A DNA stretch of 64,000 nt from an uncultured Desulfobulbaceae bacterium (GCA_947259115.1 CAMYKS010000004.1:66810-130809); one strand, 5' to 3'. Counted from the first letter of the stretch, positions 46,512-56,681 are shown. Notes: generated by a model not told the origin, from the sequence alone. Numbers and translations: made by a program.

Positions 46512-47486
46512 TTAACATCCTTTGAGGCACCGGCCCTCGCCATTGAACTCCATTGTACGACCGCTCAATGGAATGTGAACAGGAATATTTTTCATTAAAC
46601 TTTCAAAAAGAGCGGTTTTTGATCCTGGTTTGAGTTCACCTTTTTCTGTGGCAGCTTCATTCATGTGATGGGGAATGACCGCTTTAGGGCGGATCAGCTC
46701 GGTGATTGAATATGCTGCCTCTTTCGGCCCGGAGGTGTAAATTCCGCCTGCGTTGATAACGGCCAACTCTGCGCCGTAATAACCACGGACAGTTATATCC
46801 TGATCGGCAAAAATACCGCTGTCTCCAGAGAGATAAACCACCAGCCCATTAGAAAAATTCAAGATATAGCCATTATCTGGTCCGGCATAGGCTGTCAATC
46901 CGTCATGATCGAGCAAGTCTCCAAGATCCTTGTTTAAAAAACCACTTCCTATGCCATTGCTGTGGGTAACCGGAACGATTGCAACCCGTACCCCGCCAAC
47001 CTGACGCTCGCCCCCAAAACGTAGGACCTCCACCTGCTCGGGGGAACCTCCGGCTGCCTTCACCTTTGTTTGCATGAATTTATGCATCTCCCCCCCCAGG
47101 AGTGCCTTAGCATTTTTTCCAACAATAATGGCTGCAGTATTCGAGTTAGGAATAGTTGCGACTTCGGTCTGCGGTTTTGCACAGGTACCGTTTCCTGTTT
47201 TAGAAATACGCCTGTCCCCAATATGGTCTCCATGCATACCGCTCAATAGAACCACGTCAATCTTGCCCAGGCGTGGATCTTCAGGGCCGGCTACTGTGCG
47301 TCCGACATCAAAAAGCAGTCTCGTGCCATCCGGATCCTCAAACAGCATGGCACGGTCACGACTGCAAAATTCACCATCATGACTTCCTAAAGGAGTGATT
47401 TTAACAGTTTGAGAAAATGCAGTTACTGAAAACAACAAAGACATGGCAACAATAACCATGCAAACCCTGAGTGATAGTGTAATCAT
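46512..47486 (-). CDS. Secreted MBL-fold metallo-hydrolase
   Basis: Start moved to MITLSLRV (SD AAAGGAGAA) with a signal peptide. GMHGDHIGD and VIPHHMNE metal-site-like motifs. Confidence 0.65.
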   Translation of the reverse strand: MITLSLRVCMVIVAMSLLFSVTAFSQTVKITPLGSHDGEFCSRDRAMLFEDPDGTRLLFDVGRTVAGPEDPRLGKIDVVLLSGMHGDHIGDRRISKTGNGTCAKPQTEVATIPNSNTAAIIVGKNAKALLGGEMHKFMQTKVKAAGGSPEQVEVLRFGGERQVGGVRVAIVPVTHSNGIGSGFLNKDLGDLLDHDGLTAYAGPDNGYILNFSNGLVVYLSGDSGIFADQDITVRGYYGAELAVINAGGIYTSGPKEAAYSITELIRPKAVIPHHMNEAATEKGELKPGSKTALFESLMKNIPVHIPLSGRTMEFNGEGRCLKGC

Positions 47487-47739
47487 CACGCTTCTCCTTT
47501 TATTTATGAATAAAATTTGTTCTGCCATTGTATAATAATACATATCGTCAGGGAGGAAAGAAATGTCAAGTGGCAGCATGGAGAGCAACTTCAAGAAAAA
47601 AAGTTGACTGGGAAATATTTTTTTGTTTTTGAATTATGTTACAATTAAAAATTTAGATTTGCGGCCTAGTATTTATCAAATAACGCATTAACGCAAGCCC
47701 CGGTCCAATACGATCACTTTAATGGTAAGAGGTGAATTT

Positions 47740-48105
47740 ATGATATTTATTAAACTTGATAAAGATGCCGGCATAGTAACTGTGACGCCCTCAACTCCTT
47801 TAAACGAAAAGGACTTTAAACGACTTGCAGATGAAGTGGATCCCTATATTGAGAAAGAGGGCAAGCTCAATGGCTTGATTATCCAAATTGAATCTTTTCC
47901 CGGCTGGGAGGATTTCGCCGGGTTATTGTCCCATCTGAAGTTTGTCCGTGAACATCATACAAAAATCGAAAAAGTCGCTGCGGTTTCCGACGGTAAAATT
48001 GTTTCAATCATGCCCAGAATAGTCGATCATTTTGTCAACGCCAAGGTGAAGTATTTCCCCTATGAAAGCCTCGATGAGGCCATTTCATGGGTGAAATCCA
48101 CATAA
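47740..48105 (+). CDS. SpoIIAA-like / STAS-fold (DUF3478-type) protein
   Basis: The pattern MIFIKLDKDAGIVTVTP...KLNGLIIQIESFPGWEDF...HHTKIEKVAAVSD matches the SpoIIAA-like family by eye. Confidence 0.6.
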   Translation: MIFIKLDKDAGIVTVTPSTPLNEKDFKRLADEVDPYIEKEGKLNGLIIQIESFPGWEDFAGLLSHLKFVREHHTKIEKVAAVSDGKIVSIMPRIVDHFVNAKVKYFPYESLDEAISWVKST

Positions 48106-48157
48106 AAGCATAAGGGAAATAATAGGGATACCCCAGACTGTCTCCAGACAGAGTTTA

Positions 48158-48198
48158 CTATACTGGGGACTGAACTTTGGTTCTGTCCCCAGTATAGT
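48158..48198. terminator. Bidirectional hairpin (14-bp perfect stem) between convergent genes
   Basis: ACTATACTGGGGAC ... GTCCCCAGTATAGT. Confidence 0.65.
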
Positions 48199-48203
48199 CA
48201 TAA

Positions 48204-48785
48204 CTACATCTTCATATGTTTTTTCATGCCGCCCATTCCCAGAGTTTTCATTACGTCGGGGTTGATATCAGCATACGTCATCATGGCGCCCCCCTGCTCC
48301 TGGTGAAATTTCTTCGCTGCGGCTTGATCTGCAAAGGGTATGAGCTCTTTGCCCATGGGGCCCATCCTGCTGCCGACCACATAGTGTGCCTCCGCAGCAT
48401 TTATCCAGGCACCGGAGTTAAAATCCTTTACCCAGGCGACTGCCACATCAGCCCTGGAATGTGTTTTGTCAAATTTTTCCATGCCATAGAGAAAATTAAA
48501 CATGCATTTACAGCCGTCAAACGGCGTCATGGTGCCGTCCTTGAAAATAATCTGCGAATGCCAGCGCGGATATTGGGCAGGATACATGCCGCATTTTCCA
48601 CAGGAAACGTTCCCCGGGATCTCCATTGGCTGCTGTACCGCGGCCTGGCTTGTCGCGGCGGCGGCTTCCTTCTCGGCGGTCTTGCTTCCGGAAGAGGCGC
48701 ATCCTGCTGTCGCCGCCAGCAGCAAAACAAGGAATAAAGCAAAAAATTTCTGCAGATACCCATGGTACATATTTTTCTTTTTCAT
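48204..48785 (-). CDS. NosL-family copper-binding lipoprotein
   Basis: Lipobox LLAATAGC. CGKCGMYPAQYPRWHSQIIFKDGTMTPFDGCKCMF is typical of NosL. Met-rich C-terminus: MKTLGMGGMKKHMKM. Confidence 0.75.
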   Translation of the reverse strand: MKKKNMYHGYLQKFFALFLVLLLAATAGCASSGSKTAEKEAAAATSQAAVQQPMEIPGNVSCGKCGMYPAQYPRWHSQIIFKDGTMTPFDGCKCMFNFLYGMEKFDKTHSRADVAVAWVKDFNSGAWINAAEAHYVVGSRMGPMGKELIPFADQAAAKKFHQEQGGAMMTYADINPDVMKTLGMGGMKKHMKM

Positions 48786-48979
48786 AACCCATTTTCTCCT
48801 TTAGTGTATAATTACTGGTGCCAGGCAATCTGCCTGTTTCTCAATAGTTTGGCCACAAAGTATAAAGTAAAATACCACTGAAAGGATTATCTGCACATGC
48901 GGCAAATTGTCGCACTAGAGTTATGTTGGAAAGGGGACAGATTAGAAATCTGTCCCCATGGTAGAAATAAATTACGTGC

Positions 48980-49513
48980 TTACTTATTCGGTGCGTACTT
49001 ATAGAGTTTCCTTTGCAGGGTTCTTCGGTGGATGCCAAGCTTATGGGCCGCGGCAGTGATGTTGTTGTCGCAGTCGTTCAAAACCCTTTGAATATGCTCC
49101 CATTCGGCCCGCGCCAGTGAAGGCGCTGCAAACTCTTCCTGTTCAGGGCGTCCAGGCAGGTCAGGATCCTTTTCAAAAGCAAAGAGAATATCATCGACAT
49201 CAGCAGGTTTTGGCAGGTAATAATGGGCCCCGAGCTTTACGGCCTCGGTAGCTGTGGCAATGCTGCCATAGCCGGTGAGAACGACGATTTTCAGCTGCGG
49301 CAGAAAATCCTTGGCCTCCCTGATCAGGTCAAGGCCGCTCTTCCCTTCCATTTTCAGATCAACCAGGGCCCAGTCCGGACGCTTCTTTTTTATCTTTGCC
49401 AAGGCCTCATCGACATTTGCCGCCTGAAAAACCGTATATCCTCTGTTGCTGAATGCCCGTGCCAAGCGTTCCCTGAAATGCTCTTCGTCATCAACCAGAA
49501 TGATGGATTGCAT
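48980..49513 (-). CDS. RegA/PrrA/ActR-type response regulator (REC + Fis-type HTH)
   Basis: ILVDDEE, LVDLKMEGKSGL, and a C-terminal HTH (NITAAAHKLGIHRRTLQRKL). Confidence 0.85.
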   Translation of the reverse strand: MQSIILVDDEEHFRERLARAFSNRGYTVFQAANVDEALAKIKKKRPDWALVDLKMEGKSGLDLIREAKDFLPQLKIVVLTGYGSIATATEAVKLGAHYYLPKPADVDDILFAFEKDPDLPGRPEQEEFAAPSLARAEWEHIQRVLNDCDNNITAAAHKLGIHRRTLQRKLYKYAPNK

Positions 49514-49534
49514 TGTACGATCCTCCGTGATTTT

Positions 49535-50938
49535 TTATTTCCGATGCCGGGAAATGTACTCGGTGACCCCGATATGATCCAGGGCAAAACTTATTGTCAC
49601 CCTGGTTCCGGCCAAACTTTCCGAAGAAATCTTCAATTCGCCACCAAATTGCTGCGCCACGTTCTGCGCCAGAAAGAGCCCCAGCCCCAGCCCCCTGCCC
49701 TGTTCTTTGGTGCTGAAAAAAGGCTCAAGCGCCCTGTTTAATGTCTCTTCATCCATGCCGGAACCCTGGTCCTCCACCTGAAAAAATATATATATATCAT
49801 CGGAAAAGCATCGGAGAAAAACATGGGAAGCAGGCTGTGAAGCATCGATGCCATTTATTATCAATCCCTTTAAAGAGCGCACCAGGGTCCTGAGTGGCAC
49901 CAATATTACCATTGCTGCGACTCTATTCTCTACTCGAATTCTGGCTTGATCCTCTGCAGAAAACTCTTTGAGAGTCTGTTGCACGATATATTCTACAGCG
50001 TATTTTTCCAGCGCCTCACCCAGATGTTCTCCGGCATCAGCCGCCATCTGGTATAAGATATTCTTACAGGCCTTGACCTGATCCCTTATAAGCCGGGCGT
50101 CATCAATGAGCCCCTGGTCGCTCTTTACATCTCTTAATTGATGCAGCATTTCTCCCGCTGCAACGGCGATGGTTGATAACGGCGTGGAAAACTCATGGGC
50201 TGCACCTGCAGATAAGGTTGCCAGGGAGGCAAGCTTTTCACTTCTGGCTCTTTCTTCATCAAGACTGATCAAGGTTTGCTGGTGTTCCTCCAGCGCCTTT
50301 TGTATGCGCCCGACAAAAAAAACAATGAAAACAGCGGTGATGCTAAAGGCCAGAAGCATACCCTTGAGATGAAGCTTCATATGGTCAGACAACTGGGTGT
50401 ACTCGGCTATGGCCGGATGACAGGCTTCCTGGATATCCGCACCTCCGATAAATCCACCGGGAATTATGAGCGGCAGCCTGCCCAGGAACTCCGGGTCAAC
50501 AAGGAAAAAAGAAGTGTAGCATAGTATGGTAAAAACTGTCAGGCTCCAGGACCAGTGGGGCCGCATCAAAACAGCTCCGAGGACAATGTGCACCAGATAG
50601 AGAAAGGTAAAGGGGTTCATTGGCCCCCCGGTATAATATAGAAGTACAGTGAGAAAAATTATGTCAAGGAACATCACCAGGCCGAACAACCACTCCGGGA
50701 TATTTTTTTTCAGCCTGTGGAGGTAGGTAAAAAAAAGATTGCTGACAGCCTCGAAAATAATAATTGTCGAAACAAAAAAGATGGGAATGGCAATCTCCAG
50801 ATAAATGTAAGCAACAAATATAAGGATTGCCTGGCAAAAGACTGCACCCCAGCGCAGATGCAGCAGCCATGAAAAAGCAATATTGGCAGTTGCCTCATTT
50901 ACCGGCCAGACCGATACTGGATATTGTTTCGGGTTCAC
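49535..50938 (-). CDS. RegB/PrrB-type redox-responsive sensor histidine kinase
   Basis: Polytopic N-terminus with the RegB quinone-site heptapeptide GGPMNPF (GGXXNPF). H-box: GAAHEFSTPL. A Cys sits between basic residues after the H-box (QVKACKNIL). HATPase G-box: GRGLGLGLF. Confidence 0.8.
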   Translation of the reverse strand: MNPKQYPVSVWPVNEATANIAFSWLLHLRWGAVFCQAILIFVAYIYLEIAIPIFFVSTIIIFEAVSNLFFTYLHRLKKNIPEWLFGLVMFLDIIFLTVLLYYTGGPMNPFTFLYLVHIVLGAVLMRPHWSWSLTVFTILCYTSFFLVDPEFLGRLPLIIPGGFIGGADIQEACHPAIAEYTQLSDHMKLHLKGMLLAFSITAVFIVFFVGRIQKALEEHQQTLISLDEERARSEKLASLATLSAGAAHEFSTPLSTIAVAAGEMLHQLRDVKSDQGLIDDARLIRDQVKACKNILYQMAADAGEHLGEALEKYAVEYIVQQTLKEFSAEDQARIRVENRVAAMVILVPLRTLVRSLKGLIINGIDASQPASHVFLRCFSDDIYIFFQVEDQGSGMDEETLNRALEPFFSTKEQGRGLGLGLFLAQNVAQQFGGELKISSESLAGTRVTISFALDHIGVTEYISRHRK

Positions 50939-51437
50939 CTTGATATCTCTCCGAATATGCTTCCTGTTTCATGCCTTAAACTGAAAAACTTTTGGCCGGA
51001 TAATTGATCGGGCAAGTCCCGCAGTCAGTAATTATCAGCAGCGGCAATAATTGTCAATGTCTGCAGCTGCCAAACTTTTCTTCAGCTAACAGCTGCGACA
51101 ATTTGCCGCATTTTCAAGAGTGCCACCATATGGTAATAATAGATACAGTTCTCTTCTCCATGCATGTTTTCCAGGAGGCCTCCCCCCGTTTGGCCCTCTG
51201 GAAAACAGGAGCCGAATGTATCCACCACCCCGGACTGACCACGGTTCGGGGTGGTGGTGTATATGGTCCGGCAAACTCCTTGCAAAGAAAAAAGCTCAAC
51301 ATCACACCAAATACAAAGAACGGCTGCATGATTTATTGGTGCAGCCGAAGTTCTTTTTCTCTCCTGCCGGAAAAAATAGTATGGTGCTAAAATTCACTCG
51401 TCTTAGGACTGTAATCGCAGTAATATATACGCCGATC

Positions 51438-52241
51438 ATGGAACATAATTTCTCACACATAATTGCCCGCTGTTTTGTCAACATCCCCTTTGCCGAGTTT
51501 AACAAATACGAACGTTTTGTGGCGCTTCACCGGATTAACCCAGAGATTGGGCTTGACGGTGATGCGCTTAACACCTTCAGCAGGCAGGACTTTGTGGACA
51601 GGGCAAAATTTTTACACGACATGGGTCTGAATTGCACCCTGCATGCACCATTCCATGATCTGCTGCCAGGAGCCCAGGATAAATATATTCTTCAGGCCGT
51701 GCGTGATAAACTTAAACGCTGCTTCGATCTCATTGACATATTTAAACCGCGATCAGTTGTTTGCCATTTGGGATATCTTGATTGCGTCCACAGCTATGAG
51801 ACTGACCAGTGGTTTACCACCTCCCTGGAAACTTGGCGGCAATTGCTTGTAGTGGCAGAGCAATCCCAAACGCCGATCATGTTTGAAAACACATACGAAG
51901 CCGGGCCCCGCATCCATAAAAAAATCCTTGCAGCCCTTGATTCTCCCATGACTCGATTCTGTCTTGATGTCGGCCACCTTCTGGCCTTTGCCCGTATGGG
52001 CTGGCAAGACTGGCTGGCATCCCTGGGACAGTGGCTCGGCCAACTTCATCTGCACGACAACCATGGCTTCAGGGACGAGCATTTGCCAGTGGGCATGGGC
52101 GACTTTGATTTTGCCGGCCTTTTTTCCCACCTGAAATCAAACAATATGTACCCGATTATCACTCTGGAGCCGCGCAATGAAAGTGATTTATGGGATAGCC
52201 TGAATGCACTTGACAGATTCTCCTTATTCGACCATAAATGA
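51438..52241 (+). CDS. Xylose-isomerase-like TIM-barrel (AP_endonuc_2) family protein
   Basis: LHAPFHDL, the pattern VCHLGY...ENT...LDVGH...LHLHDN, and metal-site-like residues. Start moved to MEHNF because the upstream part of the track ORF overlaps structured, non-coding-looking DNA. Confidence 0.65.
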   Translation: MEHNFSHIIARCFVNIPFAEFNKYERFVALHRINPEIGLDGDALNTFSRQDFVDRAKFLHDMGLNCTLHAPFHDLLPGAQDKYILQAVRDKLKRCFDLIDIFKPRSVVCHLGYLDCVHSYETDQWFTTSLETWRQLLVVAEQSQTPIMFENTYEAGPRIHKKILAALDSPMTRFCLDVGHLLAFARMGWQDWLASLGQWLGQLHLHDNHGFRDEHLPVGMGDFDFAGLFSHLKSNNMYPIITLEPRNESDLWDSLNALDRFSLFDHK

Positions 52242-52445
52242 GGCTAAGAGTTAAATAGCAAATCCTCATTTTCCGGCTGGGGAATCCCCTTTGAAACTCC
52301 TGCTATTCCAGTGATTCCTGATCTCCTTCCCATGGGATCCCTGAAATTTCTGCAGAACATTTTGGACCCATTGCAGCTGTAAATTATGAACTCTATTATG
52401 CCTGTTTCATCATACCAGAATCCTATAACCCCCAGATAAACTGCC

Positions 52446-55400
52446 ATGACTAAAACACCTGCAGCCGACTTTGTTCACCTTCATGTCCACACACAATACA
52501 GCCTCCTTGACGGAGCCATCCGCATCAACTATCTCCTCGAAAAATGCAAGGAACTGGAAATGGGTGCAGTGGCAATTACCGACCATGGCGTCATGCATGG
52601 CGCCCTTGAATTTTATGTTAAAGCAAAAAAGGCCGGCATAAAACCGATAATAGGCTGTGAGTTCTATATCGCGCCACAGGATAGAAAAATACATACCGGG
52701 GCAAAGAGCTCCAGTGATGCCGCCTTTCATATTGTCCTTCTGGCCATGAACCCCACGGGCTATAAAAACCTGATGAAACTGGCAAGCATTGCCCATCTTG
52801 AAGGTTTCTATTACAAGCCGCGCATTGACAAGGAAACCCTGGAGGCCCACAACGAAGGCTTAATTGCCATGACCGCATGTCTGCATGGAGGCATACCCCA
52901 CCTAATTTTAAACGGCAATATGAATGGCGCCCGCAAGGAAACAAAGGGGCTGCAGAAAATATTTGGAGACCGCCTCTACTTTGAACTGCAGGACAACGGC
53001 ATAAAGGAACAGAAAAAAGTTAACAAAGGCTTGAAAAAACTCTCACAGGAGTTTTCCGTTCCACTCGTGGCCACCAACGACTGTCATTACCTTAACCGCG
53101 ATGAGGCCTTTGCCCATGAAGTTCTTCTCTGTATCCAGACAGGCAGGACTATAAATGATAAAAATCGTTTCAAATTTGCAACGGATGAACTCTACTTCAA
53201 GTCTCCCGATGAGATGCGGGATCGGTTTAAAGATTATCCCGAGGCCCTGGCTGAATCCGTAAAAATTGCCGAGCGCTGCAACCTTGAGCTGGAATTCGGC
53301 CAGCATCATTTTCCCAATTTTCCATTGCCCGACAATGAGACCCTGGATACATACTTTGACAGATTGGCCCGGGAAGGTCTGAAGGAACGTTTGGCTGCAA
53401 TCCGCGACAGGGAAAAATTGACCCCTGAATTGGAGAAAACCTATCGCGAGCGCTTAGAGATGGAAATCGAGGTCATCAAAACCATGGAATTTCCAGGCTA
53501 TTTTCTCATCGTGGCCGATTTCATCAACTGGGCTAAAAATAAAAAAATACCGGTCGGGCCCGGACGAGGCTCCGGCGCCGGAAGCCTGGTTGCCTATAGC
53601 CTGCGCATAACCGAAATTGACCCCATGCCCTATGGCCTGATTTTTGAACGTTTCCTGAATATCGAGCGTATGAGCCTGCCTGATTTTGACATTGACTTCT
53701 GCCAGGAAAAGAGAGGCGACGTTTTCCACTACGTACAGGAGAAATACGGCGGCTCAGGGCATGTGGCCCAAATTATAACCTTCGGTTCCATGAAGGCCCG
53801 GGCTGTTATCAGGGACGTTGGCAGAGCCCTGGACATGCCCTTTGGTGATGTGGACCGCATTGCCAAGCTTATCCCTGATCAACTGAAAATTACCATCAGG
53901 GAAGCCATCGAGCAGGAACCCCGACTCAGGGATGCGGAAAAAAGAGATGAGAAGGTTGCTTCCCTGCTTTCCATTGCCCGGGTTCTCGAAGGACTATCCA
54001 GGCATATGTCAACCCATGCCGCCGGCGTTGTGATCTCACCCGAACCAATGGTTGAATACCTGCCCCTCTGCAGAGGACCAAAGGGAGAGACTCTAACCCA
54101 GTATGATATGAAATATACCGAGATGACCGGTCTCATCAAATTCGATTTTCTGGGCCTGAAAACCCTGACCGTCATTGACCGGGCAATCAAGCTTATAGAG
54201 GCAGATTTGGGGAATCCGCTCGACCTGGATGCAATCCCCCTGGATGACCCAAAAACTTACGACCTGCTTTGCAAAGGTGATGCCCTTGGCGTGTTCCAGC
54301 TTGAAAGTTCAGGTATGCGGGCACTGTTAATTAATATGAAGCCCGAAGTGTTTACCGATCTTATCGCCCTGGTTGCTTTATATCGGCCCGGTCCCATGGA
54401 AAGTGGCATGGTAGGCACTTTTGTTGAAACCAAGCACGGCAAAAAGCCTGCCAATTATCCGCTGCCCCAACTCAAGCCGGTTCTTGAGGAAACTTACGGC
54501 GTCATCGTCTACCAGGAACAGGTCATGAAAATTGCCAATGTCCTGGCAAATTATTCCCTCGGTGATGCCGACATCCTGCGGCGCGCCATGGGAAAGAAAA
54601 TTCCCGAAGCCATGGCCAATGAAAAAGAGAAATTCATGGCAGGAGCGGAAAAAAATAATATCCCCAAGGACAAGGCCGCACATATCTTCGACCTCATGGC
54701 AAAGTTTGCCGGCTATGGCTTCAACAAGTCACACTCAGCAGCATATGCCCTGATCGCATACCAGACAGCCTACCTTAAAGCACATTACCCGGCCCAGTTC
54801 ATGGCAGCACTTCTATCGTGCGACATGAACAACACCGACAAGGTTGTACTCTATATTAATGAGTGCCGGGATCGTGAAATCGAGGTCCTGCCGCCTGATA
54901 TCAATGAAAGCTATAAGGACTTTACCGTGGTTGAAGACCGTATCCGCTTCGGGCTGGCGGCAGTTAAAAATGTCGGCGAAGCAGCACTGGATTCCATCAT
55001 CGAAGCGCGTATGGCAGACGGCCCCTACACCTCACTTGAGGATTTCTGCTCCAGGGTTGACCTGCGCCGGGTAAACCGCCGCGTCCTGGAAAGCCTTATC
55101 AAAGCAGGGGCCTTTGACTCCCTTGACCTGAAGCGCTCGCAACTCTTTGCCATTCTCGACCAGGCCCTGGAGCAGGGCCAGGCTGCCCAGCGTGACAGGT
55201 TGAGCGGCCAGATTTCACTCTTTGCCGTCATGGGCGGCGAAGATAAACAGCAGCATACAAAAATTGAAATCCCGGCGATCCCGGACTGGTCTGACCAGGA
55301 AAAACTCTCCTTAGAAAAGGAAACCGTGGGTTTTTACCTGACCGGCCATCCCCTGGATGACTACCGGGAAGATATCCTGGGGGTGACCGATACGAACCTC

Positions 55401-55994
55401 AGTGAAAATAAAGAATGGGTCGAAGGCCAGATCCTGCGGGTCGGCGGCCTGATCCGCGATATCAAGAACAGAAAGACCAAAAAAGGCGACCCCATGGCTG
55501 TTATTGTTCTGGAGGATATTGTCGGTACCGTTGAAGTTGTCATATTCCCGGAACTTTATGCCAGGTGCGCCGCGATCCTGCATACCGACACACCCGTTGT
55601 CATTGAAGGCCTGGTCAAAAAGGATGAACGTGGGGATAATATAATTGCCAATGGCGTGGATACCCTGGAGACGGCGCGTGATAAATATACGGCCGCCGCC
55701 CGCATCATGCTGCAATCAGACCGGGTCAACCGTCAGAACCTTGAGGCCCTTAAAAAGGTTTTTTATCGTCATCACGGCTCCTGCCCCGTATCCCTGACCC
55801 TGCACTTTGCAGGCCGTGGCGAGGTGGACCTGGAAATACCCCATGATTTCACCATAAAGGCCTGTAAGGAGTTTACCGCTGAAGTTAACAAAACCATGGG
55901 GGAGCCGGTAATTACCTATGAAAAGAAACCGGTAAGTGCGCAGCAGCAGAAAAAAAGAAATGGCGCCTGGAAGCAGAGGGAAACAGCAGCTTGA
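52446..55994 (+). CDS. dnaE: DNA polymerase III alpha subunit
   Basis: PHP domain: FVHLHVHTQYSLLDG. PDFDIDF, GLLKFDFLGL-type motif (GLIKFDFLGLKTL). Length 1182 aa. Confidence 0.98.
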   Translation: MTKTPAADFVHLHVHTQYSLLDGAIRINYLLEKCKELEMGAVAITDHGVMHGALEFYVKAKKAGIKPIIGCEFYIAPQDRKIHTGAKSSSDAAFHIVLLAMNPTGYKNLMKLASIAHLEGFYYKPRIDKETLEAHNEGLIAMTACLHGGIPHLILNGNMNGARKETKGLQKIFGDRLYFELQDNGIKEQKKVNKGLKKLSQEFSVPLVATNDCHYLNRDEAFAHEVLLCIQTGRTINDKNRFKFATDELYFKSPDEMRDRFKDYPEALAESVKIAERCNLELEFGQHHFPNFPLPDNETLDTYFDRLAREGLKERLAAIRDREKLTPELEKTYRERLEMEIEVIKTMEFPGYFLIVADFINWAKNKKIPVGPGRGSGAGSLVAYSLRITEIDPMPYGLIFERFLNIERMSLPDFDIDFCQEKRGDVFHYVQEKYGGSGHVAQIITFGSMKARAVIRDVGRALDMPFGDVDRIAKLIPDQLKITIREAIEQEPRLRDAEKRDEKVASLLSIARVLEGLSRHMSTHAAGVVISPEPMVEYLPLCRGPKGETLTQYDMKYTEMTGLIKFDFLGLKTLTVIDRAIKLIEADLGNPLDLDAIPLDDPKTYDLLCKGDALGVFQLESSGMRALLINMKPEVFTDLIALVALYRPGPMESGMVGTFVETKHGKKPANYPLPQLKPVLEETYGVIVYQEQVMKIANVLANYSLGDADILRRAMGKKIPEAMANEKEKFMAGAEKNNIPKDKAAHIFDLMAKFAGYGFNKSHSAAYALIAYQTAYLKAHYPAQFMAALLSCDMNNTDKVVLYINECRDREIEVLPPDINESYKDFTVVEDRIRFGLAAVKNVGEAALDSIIEARMADGPYTSLEDFCSRVDLRRVNRRVLESLIKAGAFDSLDLKRSQLFAILDQALEQGQAAQRDRLSGQISLFAVMGGEDKQQHTKIEIPAIPDWSDQEKLSLEKETVGFYLTGHPLDDYREDILGVTDTNLSENKEWVEGQILRVGGLIRDIKNRKTKKGDPMAVIVLEDIVGTVEVVIFPELYARCAAILHTDTPVVIEGLVKKDERGDNIIANGVDTLETARDKYTAAARIMLQSDRVNRQNLEALKKVFYRHHGSCPVSLTLHFAGRGEVDLEIPHDFTIKACKEFTAEVNKTMGEPVITYEKKPVSAQQQKKRNGAWKQRETAA

Positions 55995-56006
55995 TTACTT
56001 TGAAGC

Positions 56007-56330
56007 TTACTGCCTGAATGCCACAATCCTGTTATAGATCCACCCCATGATGGCACCGCAGATTGTCCCCAGGGCAAAACCATATGCGGCCCCGATGAGG
56101 CTGCCGGCAAAGGTCACTTTATAGCCGATAAAATACTGGCTCAGGAGTATCAGGTGGGGCCCTACCCTGTCACCGCCTTTGATGACCAGCCAATTTGTCG
56201 CCACAAAGATTCCAAGCCCAAAAATGACACCAAGTGTGAGGCCTACCACTTTAGCATTCAGCAACATTACACTGCTAAAGAGTTTCTCTTCAGGGGTCAG
56301 CGATGTATTTTCCATGTCTGATTTTACCAT
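56007..56330 (-). CDS. Small 2-3 TM membrane protein, paralogous to the C-terminal module of the adjacent oxidoreductase
   Basis: KGGDRVGPHLILLSQYFIGYKVTFAGSLIGAAYGF aligns with SRGGDVLNSHLRLLGQYFIGYTVTVKGGFLAFGYSF of 56682..58448. Confidence 0.6.
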   Translation of the reverse strand: MVKSDMENTSLTPEEKLFSSVMLLNAKVVGLTLGVIFGLGIFVATNWLVIKGGDRVGPHLILLSQYFIGYKVTFAGSLIGAAYGFALGTICGAIMGWIYNRIVAFRQ

Positions 56331-56681
56331 CCTGTCACCTGCAGTATGTCTAATTTAACAACCACCCATAAATGGGTCTTTTGTTTTGACGCCATTTTAC
56401 GCCGCCGAGCAGCACAGTAAAGAACGGATAAGCGACTCGGCGGAGCGTTAGCGACTTTCCGATGTCGCCCGTTCTTTGCGAGCAGCGCAGGGTAGCCCGC
56501 TGCAGCGGGCCAAGTGAACGGCTGCCCTTTTTGGTTCGTTTTTGGGCAAGCAAAAATGAACGTAACAATGTATTTAAGGCAATGTAAGAAACTATACGGG
56601 AACTTCACTTTATTTATCATTAACCTACATGCATAGCCTAGCTGAGACACACCAGTCTAAGTGGTGAATTAAGTTTGAGAT

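Noticed and set aside
51120-51437. N-terminal 106 codons of the 373-aa track ORF
   Set aside because: This part has a Pro/Gly/Trp-rich implausible sequence, overlaps several other ORFs on both strands, and coincides with strong stem-loops. The recognisable TIM-barrel domain begins after the ATG at 51438.
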